Shown here in pieces: positions 39,783-51,991 of a DNA stretch of 64,000 nt (position 1 is the first letter of the stretch; each line of letters starts with the position of its first letter). A program made the position numbers and the translations under genes. Source of the stretch: Octopus vulgaris (taxonomy: Eukaryota); assembly GCA_951406725.2 (NCBI GenBank), contig OX597818.1, positions 143,034,001 through 143,098,000 of the forward strand, in the 5' to 3' direction. The notes beneath the pieces were generated by a model. The model saw nothing but the letters and a program-made list of their open reading frames with translations, was not told the DNA's origin and did no database searches.

Positions 39783-41940
39783 CCTAATTAGTCTTACTCA
39801 GGCCTTGTCCTTTTCGATGTTTAATGTTTTTTTAATTACTATTTTACATCTACACAAAGCAAATGCAAAAATTGTCTCTTGATTTAAAAAGTATTTCTTT
39901 CCACTTTTCTCATCATTATATACAGTTACGAGATGACAGCCTCATCTTCATTCGAAGACGCGTCATTTTTGATACACAAGGGAGATAACTCCCTAGTACA
40001 ATTACCACAGCAACTCGCAGATTATATGTGGTCGATCCATCTGCTAGAAAACACAGCCAAATTTCCATCATATCAAATCTTTCATCTGAAAAAAGAGAAC
40101 GTTGTATTCGATAATCTAATCCTGAATGAACGAATACTTCAATTCTTTTGATTGAAAGTCCAGATACAATCGATTCATTGCGTCTTCGTGCCTTTCTCGC
40201 AGTGAACAGAGACGGTGGTCCTGGAGCTCTCTTCCGATTCGATTTACGGTCGGGGCTGACTCACTTAGTTTTTGTCTCTTCTCAGGCATCGACACGCAGT
40301 GAAAGTTTGTGCTCGTAGTTGTCCTAGTCTGGCAGTTACCTAAGCTTGTCGACCCCAGTCATGCCGCGAATGTTGCGGTAGATACCATTTGTGCCTTCAA
40401 GAAACATGCTTAAAACAAGGGCTGAAGGGTGAGCCTTACTTCAGTGATTTTACCGGACACCGGACATTGACACGGAATTTTCGAAGTCGTCTTGCTATTA
40501 CTTTATTAGTCACTGATTCTATATTCGGGTCATCTAACTCCTTGCCATGTCTTGTTTTTGACTCGGTGAGTTTTTAGCAACCCTCACCACCGGGCAGGTT
40601 TTGCTGAGGATACGGTTTAGTCACTGACGCCCCAACGTGGCAATACGTTGCCCTGTGTTACATGTTACCTGTGGTAATCGTGAACGACTTGACGTAAATC
40701 TTAATCTTACATATTTCCTAAATAGACGCAATACCTCATCATCACGTCTATTTCCGATACCTACTTGTTGGTCGTAGTCATTGGTACTAAACCGTATGAC
40801 TATTGATTGCATTAGAAGTTTTCCCCTCTCACGTCCCGAAATGAAGGAAAATATGCCTGTTATGTGGATCAGTGCATAAGATACTGATCCATATAAGTGT
40901 GCTAGATGTATCTAACAACTGCAACTGGTTCGCCCGTTATTCAATCCTCGCAAACCCACCCATTGAGAGGTTGCCTTTCCTATGAAAAACTATTGCACCA
41001 TCGCCAGTCTTTCTAACAGTGTGAAGTTTTCGATCTGTTATGTAATTTCAATTTACCGTGGTTTTGGAAATGACACGGTGGACAATACAATCCAAGATAT
41101 ACGAAAATACGGGCGAAATTTCTAAAAACCAACAGAAACAGTATTTAACACTCAAGACCGGGGCAATTACAAATCTATATGAATCTGTAAGGAGTTCTTA
41201 AGGATTTTCAGTTTGTCCCTGCCCCCCACTAAAAAGGTCTCACATCACATGGCTATTAAACTTCCATTCATATCAATGGTGTAGCTCGAGTGCGTGCCAC
41301 CCAGGGCAAGTCTTAAGTTTTCCGCGTCTACTTCTTCGTACAGGTTTACATAGCAAACCCAGAGGTGCCGTCCCCGTTAAAAGCGTCGCCCTGGGCGGAC
41401 CACCTCCTCACCACTCCCAATTACGCTACTGATTCACATCCAAGGTATGTTGTTGCAGTTTTTCTCAAAAGTGGAGAAAGGCGAAGAGGAGCGGAGGGTC
41501 AGAGGTTGTAAAGACTAACAAAGCATAGACAAATCGCTACATTAAATATAATGAAAATTATTTCGAATATTTAAAACTTGTCCAACACCAACCATGGCGA
41601 GGAAACAAGAATTGTATTGTTTTCTTATTGATAAAGAGGAGGCAGAGGATAATATATTTCCCTAATATTTCGGTGGTGTTGCGAGTGGTGTTGCGAGTGG
41701 TGTTGCGAGTGGTGGTGATAGATATTTGTCAGTTTGAGAATCACTGCATTATTACGAGAGCAGAAATATTTTCGAGTAAACTGAAATTGCATAGCAACCT
41801 AACGAATGTTTCCATGCTAGGAGAAAGACTGGCAGTAGTGCAGCACTGTTTCAAGTTTTGGCACAAGGCCAGCAATTTCGGTGGAGTGGGTAAGTCGCTT
41901 ACATCATTGACTCCAGTGCTCAACTGGTACTTCTTTTATT

Positions 41941-42170
41941 GGTGAGCTGGAAGAATCGTTATCATGCCGGGCGAAATGCTTAGCGGTATTTCGTCTGCCG
42001 TTACGTTCTGAGTTCAAATTCCGCCGAGGTCCACTTGATCTTTCATCCTTTCGAGGTCGATAAATTAAGTACCAGTTACACACTGAAGTCGATGTAATCG
42101 ACTTAATACCTATGTATGTCCTTGTTTGTCCCCTCTGTGTTTAGCCCCTTGTGGGTAATAAAGAAATAGG
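41941..42170 (+). mobile_element. SINE family 3 nested in an older SINE in a B spacer (paralogs at 54160, 57672, 62233)
   Basis: flanked by a GGTACTT(C/A)TTTTAT duplication. Confidence 0.88.
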
Positions 42171-44079
42171 TACTTATTTTATCGATTCTGAAAGGGATGA
42201 AAGGCGAAGTCAACATCAGTGGAATTTGAACTCAGAACGTAAAGACAGACGAAATGCTCCTAAGCATTTTGCCTGGCGTGCTAAAGTTTATTATGCTAAT
42301 ACTGTGTTTCCCATTAGAAAGACGCCTTCCCTCACCCTAAGTGGGCCCCTGAGGACGACCGAAAAATGGGTGAATGTATTGTTCCCACCCCCTTTTTTTT
42401 TCTTTACAAAATAAAAATTATTTTAAACATGGTCAGCACCATGACAAAGGAAGCAGAATTACGCTTTCTCATTAATAAAAAGGAAGAGTCCAAAATGTCC
42501 TAACTTTTTGGTGGTTTTGGTGGTAAGAAGCTGGTATTTCTAAGACAACAAGTGTGCGAATGGAATTCCCATTTCTGTTAGGCAGGTGTCTTAATTCCTA
42601 AAACCTGGGGGAAGGGAATGGATTTAGAAAAGAACATTGAAATTTTGAATCGAATTCACGGTACGTCTACATATTTTGAATAATTTTGTCCAAGGTATCC
42701 TTAATATTTTAAGACGTTAGGTGTGTGTTAGGGCTATGAGAACTAAAATGTATGGGGGAGGGTGGTTGAGGGTGATTTAGCTGTTATTTCTAGCGTGTCC
42801 AGCGAACACTACCTGCATGTATATTACTTGCGCGCAGATGGACGCACGAATTAAAACTCTCAGGAAGGTTGGTGTCGGGGTGGGTGTGGGTGTTCCAAAA
42901 ACAAAAGAGGGATTCATTTAAAACAAAGAATTGAAATATTTTCCCTCCAGAATCGTAGTCTATGGATATTTTTACACGGAATTTCAAAAATATTTTGAGA
43001 AAAAAGTTGAATACAAAAATATTAGAGGGGTTAGGGAGACATTGAATGTTTTATTATTAACTTGATATGGGAGACAAAGTGGAAAGGAGTGTCGTTGAAA
43101 GCATGAGGATCCAAGGAAACTTTTGGAAAGGAAAAGTGGATAGGTGGAGGGTAGTTACTATTTCATATGTCCGTCTAAATGTTACTTTTGTCTAATTCTC
43201 TCATTTAATTTCCAGAAAAATGATGGTGTGGGGAACTACCCTTTTCTTTATCACAGAGGTATAGGGTACCACTCCAAGACTTCGTCCCATATTCATGTGG
43301 TTTACGTTGTTTGTGGAATTCTCACAGCGATGAATTTTTTTATTTGAGAATGGGTAATTAAGTTCCAGTAAGTAAATGGGTGGATAATAAATAGCATTGT
43401 GGACGGTTGTTTTGCAGGGTGGCGTAGTTAAAAAATGAATATAAATCCGGAAGAGTCAGAATAATGTCTGAATATAGTTTTGAGAGGGATATAAGAAGTA
43501 TGTATGTGTGTGTGTGTTCGTTATTGAGGAGGTTACTGTTAAATGCGTAGCAAGTAAATTGCTTTAAGTTATGTCCGTTTATATGATGAGTAGGAAACGT
43601 AACGAGGTGGGTTTTCTCAGCAATGGCTCCAGTTTGATTAAAATAGAGTATGAATTAGTATAGCAGAGTAGCGAAGGCATGGACAACCTTTTTCGGCTAG
43701 TGAACTGCATGAGATATTGCTCATCATGAATCGGGTCATACGACTAGAAGAAAAATTTGACGTCGTATTTTGTTAGTGGTTTAGTCCGATCAGTTGTAGT
43801 GTATGACAGCGGAGTTATAAAAAGAGTTGGTATAATCATGGAATTGTTTAATATAGAAAAAGTTGAAGAAAGGCGGCAGGTTGTTATGGAAATGTGTGTG
43901 GCTGTGTTTATTTTATAATATATTTAATTATTTAAACGTCGCAGCAAAGCTGGTAGGCCATGACAAATTAATTACTAAGCATAAAAACAAGAATGATAGA
44001 AGATTTGGTTATATAATAAAAGAAATAAAGCAAGATATTTTAGTTTGAATAATGCAAAGAAATAAATAAAAAAAAAAAA

Positions 44080-44374
44080 GGTTGGAGTTCAATTATATCG
44101 AACAGGCTGCCAGCCGACGACTATTCACAGGCGCGATACCACTACTGCTCGACACGGGGCCTTTTGCCTGCTGCGTTTCCGCCCTGGGCCGAAGCGACCC
44201 TCCTTAGACAACCTGGTCCTGATGAGCTCCCTCTCCAGCACCATATTGATGCCGAGCTTAGCGCGGACACCCGATCGCCATAGAAGACCGACTACCAGGA
44301 CTCCCATCCTCAAACCGGTCAACCAACCAAGCCTCCGAGTAGCTGGATTACAGGAGCGCGCCACGACTCCCGGC
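44080..44374 (-). ncRNA. 7SL: 7SL RNA gene, copy 4
   Basis: 295 nt; private G>T change in GTGGGATC. Confidence 0.96.
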
Positions 44375-46293
44375 CATGGCACCTGTTCGAATTTAATTAC
44401 TTAAACCTAATTAGTCTTACTCAGGCCTTGTCCTTTTCTATGCTTAATGTTTTTTAATTATTATTTTACACCTACACAAAGCAAATGCAAAAATTGTCTC
44501 TTGACTTAAAAAGTATTTCTTTCCACTTTTCTCATCATTATATACAGTTACGAGATGACAGCCTCATCTTCATTCGTAGACGCGTCACTTTGATACACAA
44601 GGGAGATAACTCCCTAGTACAATTACCACAGCAACTCGCAGATTGTATGTGGTCGATCCATCTGCTAGAAAAGACAGCCAAATCTCCATCATATCAAATC
44701 TTTCTTCTGAAAAAAGAGAACGTTGTATTCGATAATCTAATCCTGAATGAACGAATATTTCAATTCTTTTGATTGAAAGTCCAGACACAATCGATTCATT
44801 GCGTCTTCGTGCCTTTCTCGCAGTGAACAGAGACGGTGGTCCTAGAGTTCTCTTCCGATTCGATTTACAGTCGGGGCTGACTCACTTAGTTTTTGTCTCT
44901 TCTCAGGAATCCACACGCAGTGAAAGTTTGTGCTCGTAGTTGCCCTTCTAGTCTGGCAATTACCTAAGCTTGTCGACCCCAGTCGTGCCGCGAATGTTGC
45001 GGTAGATACCATTTGTGCCTTCAAGAAACATGCTTAAAACAAGGGCTGAAGGGTGAGCCTCACTTCAGTGATTTTACCGGACACCGGACATTGACACGGA
45101 ACTTTTGAAGTCGTCTTGCTATTACTTTATTAGTCACTGATTCTATATTCGGGTCATCTATCCCCTTGCCATGTCTTGTTTTTGACTTGGTGAGTTTTTA
45201 GCAACCCTCACCCCCGGGCAGATTTAGCTGAGGATACGACTTAGTCACTGACGCCCCAACGTGGCAATAAGTTGCACTGTGTTACATGTTACCTGTGGTA
45301 ATCGCGAACGACTTGACGTAAATCTTAATCTTACGTATTTCCTAAATAGATGCAATACCTCATCATCACGTCTATTTCTGATACCTACTTGTTGGTCGTA
45401 GTCATTGGTACTAAACTGTATGATTATTGATTTCATTACAAGTTTTCCCCTCTTACGTCCCGAAATGAAGGAAAATATACCTGTTATGTGGATCAGTGCA
45501 TAAGATACTGATCCATATAAGTGTGCTAAATGTATCTGACAACTCCAACTGGTTCACCCGTTATTCAATCCTCGCAAACCCACCTATTGAGGGGTTGCCT
45601 TCCTATGAAAAACTATTGCACCATCGCCAGTCTTACTAATAGTGTGAAAGTTTCCGATCTGTTATGTAATTTCAATTTACCGTGGTTTTGGAAAGGACAC
45701 GGTGGACAATACAATCTAAGATATACGAAAATACAGGCGAAATTTCTAAAAGCCAACAGAAACAGTATTTAACACTCAAGACCGGAGCAATTACAAATCT
45801 ATATGAATCTGTAAGGGGTTCTTAAGGATTTTCAATTTGTCCCTGCCCCCCACTAAAAAGGTCCCACATCACATGGCTATTAAAATTCCATTCATATCAA
45901 TGGTGTAACTCGAGTGTGTGCCACCCAGGGCAAGTCTTAAGTTTTCTGCGTCTACTCCGTACAGGTTTATATAGCAAACCCAGAGGTGTTGTCCCCGTTA
46001 AAAGCGTCTCCCGGGGCGGACCGCCTCCTCACCACTCCCAATTACGCTACTGATTCACATCCAAGGTATGTTGTTGCAGTTTTTCTCAAAAGTGGAGAAA
46101 GGCGTAGAGGAGCGGAGGGTCAGAGGTTGTAAAGACTAAAGAAGCATAGACAAATCGCTACATTAAATATAATGAAAATTATTTCGAATATTTTAAACTT
46201 GTCCAACACCAACCATGGCGAGGAAACAAGAATTGTATCGTGTTCTCATTGATAAAGAGGAGGCAGAGGATAAAATATGTCCCTAATATTTCG

Positions 46294-46378
46294 GTGGTGT
46301 TGCGAGTGGTGTTGCGAGTGGTGTTGCGAGTGGTGTTGCGAGTGGTGTTGCGAGTGGTGTTGCGAGTGGTGCTGCGAG
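46294..46378. repeat. 12-bp VNTR (GTGGTGTTGCGA)7; 3, 7, 2, 3 and 2 units in the five B spacers
   Basis: direct reading at ~41673, 46294, 53904, 57405 and 61978. Confidence 0.9.
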
Positions 46379-48510
46379 TGGTGGTGATAGATATTTGTCA
46401 GTTTGAGAATCACTGCATTATTACGAGAGCAGAAATACTTTCGAGTAAACTGAAATTGCATAGCAACCTAACGAATGTTTCCATGCTAGGAGAAAGACTG
46501 GCAGTAGTGCAGCACTGTTTCAAATTTTGGCACAAGGCCAGCAATTTCGGTGGAGTGGGAAAGTCGTTTACATCATTGACAACAGTGCTCAAATGGTACT
46601 TATTTTATCAATTCTGAAAAGGATGAAAGGCGAAGTCAACATCAGTGGAATTTGAACTCAGAACGTAAAGACAGACGAAATGCTCCTAAGCATTTTGCCT
46701 GGCGTGCTAAAGTTTATTATGCCATTACTGTGTTTCCCATTAGAAATACGCCTTCCCTCACCCTAAGTGGGCCCCTGAGGACGACCGAAAATTGGGTGAA
46801 TGTATTGTTCCCACCCCCTTTTTTCTTTACAAAATAAAAATTCTTTTAAACATGGTCAGCACCATGACAAAGGAAGCAGAATTACGCTTTCTCATTAATA
46901 AAAAGGAAGAGTCCAAAATGTCCTAACTTTTTGGTGGTATTGGTGGTAAGAAGCTGGTATTTCTAAGACAACAAGTGTGCGAATGTAATTCCCATTTCTG
47001 TTAGGCAGGTGTCTTAATTCCTAAAACCTGGGGGAAGGGAATGGATTTAGAAAAGAACATTGAAGTTTTGAATCGAATTCACGGTACGTCTACATATTTT
47101 GAATAATTTTGTCCAAGGTATCCTTAATATTTTAAGACGTTAGGTGTGTGTTAGGGCTATGAGAACTAAAATGTATGGGGGAGGGTGGTTGAGGGTGATT
47201 TAGCTGTTATTTCTAGCGTGTCCAGCGAACCCTATCTGCTCGTTATTGTTCAGCATGTATATCACTTGCGCGCAGCTGGACGCACGAATTAAAACTCTCA
47301 GGAAGGTTGGTGTCGGGGTGGGTGTGGGTATTCCAAAAACAAAAGAGGGATTCATTTAAAACAAAGAATTCAAATATTTTCCCTCCAGAATCGTAGTCTA
47401 TGGATATTTTTACACGGGATTTCAAAAATATTTTGAGAAAAAAGTTGAATACAAAAATATTAGAGGAGTTAGGGAGACATTGAATGTTTTAGTATTAACT
47501 TGATATGGGAGACGAAGTGGAAAGGAGTGTCGTTGAAAGCATGAGGATCCAAGGAAACTTTTGGAAAGGAAAAGTGGATGGGTGGAGGGTAGTTACTATT
47601 TAGATATGTCCGTCTAAATGTTACTTTTGTCTAATTCTCTCATTTAATTTCCAGAAAAATGATGGTATGGGGAACTACCCTTTTCTTTACCACAGAGGTA
47701 TAGGGCACCACTCCAAGACTTCGTCCCATATTCATGTGGTTTACGTTGTTTGTGGAATTCTCATTTTGTTATTTGAGAATGGGGTAATTAAGTTCCAGTA
47801 AGTAAATGGGTGGATAATAAATAGCATTGTGGACGGTTGTCTTGCAGGGTGGCGTAGTTAAAAAATGAATATAAATCCGGAAGAGTCAGAATAATGTCTG
47901 AATATAGTTTTGGGAAGGATATAAGAAGTATGTGTGTGTGTGTGTTCGTTATTGAGGAGTTTACTGTTAAATGCGTAGCAAGTAAATTGCTTTAAGTTAT
48001 GTCCGTTTATATGATGAGTAGGAATCGTAACGAGGTGGGTTTTCTCAATCCATGGTTCCAGTTTGATTAAAATAGAGTATGAATTAGTATAGCAGAGTAG
48101 CGAAGGCAAGGACAACCTTTTTCGACGAGTGAACTGCATGAGATATTGCTCATCATGAATCGGGTCATACGACTAAAATAAAAATTTAACATCGTATTTT
48201 GTTAGTGGTTTAGTCCGATGAATTGTAGTGTATGGCAGCGGAGTTATAAAAAGAGTTGGTATAATCATGGAATTGTTTGATATAGAAAAAGTTGAAGAAA
48301 GGCGGCAGGTTGTTATGGAAATGTGTATGGCTGTGTTTGTTTTATAATATATTTAATTATTTAAACGTCGCAGCAAAGCTGGTAGACCGTGATAAAATAA
48401 ATTACTAAGCATAAAAACAAGAATGAAAGAAGATTTGGTTATATAATAAAAGAAATAAAGCAAGATATTTAGTTTGAATAATGCAAAGAAATAAAGAAAA
48501 GAAACAAAAA

Positions 48511-48805
48511 GGTTGGAGTTCAATTATATCGAACAGGCTGCCAGCCGACGACTATTCACAGGCGCGATCCCACTACTGCTCGACACGGGGCCTTTTGCCT
48601 GCTGCGTTTCCGCCCTGGGCCGAAGCGACCCTTCTTAGACAACCTGGTCCTGATGAGCTCCCTCTCCAGCACCATATTGATGCCGAGCTTAGCGCGGACA
48701 CCCGATCGCCATAGAAGACCGACTACCAGGACTCCCATCCTCAAACCGGTCAACCAACCAAGCCTCCGAGTAGCTGGATTACAGGAGCGCGCCACAACTC
48801 CCGGC
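48511..48805 (-). ncRNA. 7SL: 7SL RNA gene, copy 5
   Basis: 295 nt; T5 terminator. Confidence 0.96.
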
Positions 48806-49685
48806 GATGGCACCTGTTCGAATTTAATTAATTAAACCTAACTTCACCTGTTCAAGCATTGTTATTTTCAATATATCTATTTCTTTTCTTTTTTTTAATG
48901 ATTTCACATCTATAGAAAGCAAAAATTAAGGTTGTTTCTTGATTTATTTTGAAATGTAAATCTTACTTTCTATTTAATTTTCATATCGATACAGCCTCGT
49001 TCTGCTTCACTAATTAATTTTAGAAAACACAAGGGAGACAAATTATAATCCTGCTTTTAATTATCACGATTTGTGTGTCGTCTCACAATGTTTGATAGAG
49101 CAGGTGGAAGTGGTTACTCTGCAAACTACATCCTATCTCCAAAAGGAATTGATACATTCTATGGGTGCTAAATCTGTCTTGCTTTATACCGACTATCCAT
49201 TCCCAGAATTTATTAAAAGGTTCAGGTAGTTAAGGATGAAGCATATTTCCCGTTAGCGAGTCAAGTTGCGTTGATCTTTATCCTTTGTAACCTTGAATCC
49301 TAACTATTTTCATTACTTATTTTTAGACAGAGTTCTGGAAATGTAAATATTATTCCGTATACTCCCTTTTGAACCGATAAATGGGATTAATTTCGGTAGT
49401 CTTAGTGGAATATACCAATTGTTAACGACTTCGCTACCAGTTTGCACTGTTAAGGAGATTTTAATTAAAATACTTTTAAATGTTCTTAAATTAAGAGACG
49501 TTCATTTTTGTGGTCTTGTTAATAGTCAATAATTGCATGATGCTCAATAAATGTTCGTGCTTAAAACTTACATAATTTAATATGGTTATGGACAAATTGA
49601 ACATATTGTCCATAACTATATAATTTTTCACAATAGGCACACTACTCGTAAAAAAGCCGAGAGAAATTTCTAAAAAATTCCATCA

Positions 49686-49745
49686 TTACCATATCGGACC
49701 GATTTCAGGGTTAGTTCGTAAGAACCCTCCCTTCGTCAGTGATAA
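49686..49745 (-). ncRNA. Type I hammerhead ribozyme in the second A spacer
   Basis: identical to 37438-37497. Confidence 0.8.
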
Positions 49746-51701
49746 ATGTGACAAAGAAATAAATGAGATACTTACTCATACCCATGGAAGAAGCAAAACA
49801 CTAAGTCATGAGCACAATTAAGTACCCCAAATACATCCAAAATAGAAATACTATCGGATGAAGCCACAGAGTTGTTTTGCCTTGACTCTCATTACGTTTT
49901 CTTAGCATAGATACTGGAGTAATTTACCATTGCTTTCCCCAACTGGATGGCTATTAGCCCACTGGAAGTTCATCCGTCCTTCGACAGGTCTTCTTATTAG
50001 TCCTGCTGAGTATCCTGATACCCTCCTCACAAGAGCAACAAGCTATTTGGTTTAGTCGCCGTCCACCCGACCATGAAACAGGTAGTATTGTTTAACATGG
50101 TACGATGGAAGGGTCAAATACTTCACCTAACTGTATTAATTGTACCATTCCTAAATAAAAAGCGCAGGGGTAAGAATGGAGCGTGCAGGAAAGTCTTTTG
50201 CCTTTGTCTACCAAGAATGGCTGACCTGGGCCTAAATAAGCAATAGTAATGTGGTGAGAAAGGGTCCTTTACAACAATAACATTTACCTCTTCCCTCTCA
50301 AAGATCGCAGGTGCAGGTCTATCATCGAGGGGCTATTACTATAGTTTCAATATGAACGGTTGTAAATAGACCGTATTTCACACACAGAGCCACTGATAAA
50401 ATACAATGGTAACGCAGAGAAAATACTTTGATTTTCCTGCATTAACATAAAAACAAAGTGGAACAAAATAACTTTCCAAACTAATAGAGAAGAGGTTCAT
50501 ATTATAATAAATATTGAAAGAAATTAGTTTTTGAAATAAGGTTTTATTTTTAAAATAATTCTCTCTTAATCAGATACTTAATTCTATAAATGTAAGTCAT
50601 ATATCTATGTCACTCTATTGAGAGATCGCTCATTTTCAAGACATAATATGTGGGATTACATGGTCATAATGGTATCCATTATGATTCTCTCAGTTTGCAA
50701 TGTTTGATAGAACGGGTGATCCATATCAATTCTAAATTAATTAATGCTGGGTTGATGAATACTTCAACGTCAATGCGACTAATATATGAAGCAATCTCTA
50801 TATAGTTACTAGACCTGATAGAAATTATTATCGCTGAAACTATAGTCTACGGCTTTAAAAACTGGCAGAGAGAGATAGAGATATATATATAGAGAGAGAT
50901 AGAGATATATATAGAGAGAGAGATAGAGATATATATATAGAGAGAGATAGAGATATATATATATAGAGAGAGAGAGACTGATGTAAAACAGAGTAGATTA
51001 TTTCTGAATGAATGAGATGGACACGGATGGAATTCTTTTGACCAACAACAAACCACAGAAGCAAAAACAATAACAAAAGCAACAGCATCAGTAACAACAA
51101 CAAAAGCAGCGGTAGAAGTTATTGCTTCCCCCCCATTTTAACTGTACTGTAGTTGAGTCTATTGAATAGATTAGACATCGCACTCTCGGAGTATGTTGTA
51201 GTGTCTTCTTAAAAATGAAAAGTAGTCCGGTGAAGCAGAAGTAGGGTGAATATAATTTTGAGAGTGAAGTTTAGAAAATATATATTTCTTTACTACCCAC
51301 AAGGCGCTAAACACAGAGGGGACAAACAAGGACAGACAAAGGGATTAAGTCGATTACATCGACTCCAGTGCGTAACTGGTACTTAATTTATCGACCCCGA
51401 AAGGATGATAGGCAAAGTCGACCTCGGCGGAATTTGAACTCGGAACGTAACGACAGACGAAGTACGGCTACGCATTTCGCCTGGCGTGCTAACGTTTCTG
51501 CCAGCTCGCCGCCTTAAAGTTTAGAAAATATAATGGGTTTGTAGGTACAGGGATGGGGAGTTATCGGGACAACCAAGATTATGTTTTGGATTATGTCCCT
51601 TTACGTTATGAGTTCAAATCACAGCGGGGTGCGCTTTCACCTATGAGTTAGTAATAGAAGGTTGTATACCTAAAATAAGAAAAGCAAACAATAAAAAAAA
51701 A

Positions 51702-51991
51702 GGTTGGAGTTCAATTATATCGAACAGGCTGCCAGCCGACGACTATTCACAGGCGCGATCCCACTACTGCTCGACACGGGGACTTTTGCCTGCTGCGTTT
51801 CCGCCCTGGGCCGAAGCGACCCTCCTTAGACAACCTGGTCCTGATGAGCTCCCTCTCCAGCACCATATTGATGCCGAGCTTAGCGCGGACACCCGATCGC
51901 CATAGAAGACCGACTACCAGGACTCCCATCCTCAAACCGGTCAACCAACCAAGCCTCCCAGTAGCTGGATTACAGGAGCGCGCCACGACTC
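51702..51991 (-). pseudogene. 7SL: 7SL copy 6 with a 19-bp deletion across the transcription start
   Basis: GACTC|GAATTT here versus GACTC-CCGGCCATGGCACCTGTTC-GAATTT in intact B-type copies. Confidence 0.88.

Noticed and set aside
41628-41945. Recurrent VVLR-repeat ORF in B spacers
   Set aside because: Produced by a 12-bp VNTR running into SINE sequence; non-ATG start and variable ends
42345-42380. CTGAGGA-CGACC-GAAA in B spacers as a possible hammerhead
   Set aside because: No credible stem II or III, and the core varies between copies (CTGAGAA at ~58081)
46294-46378. CRISPR-like array
   Set aside because: Direct tandem units with no unique spacers, in eukaryotic DNA
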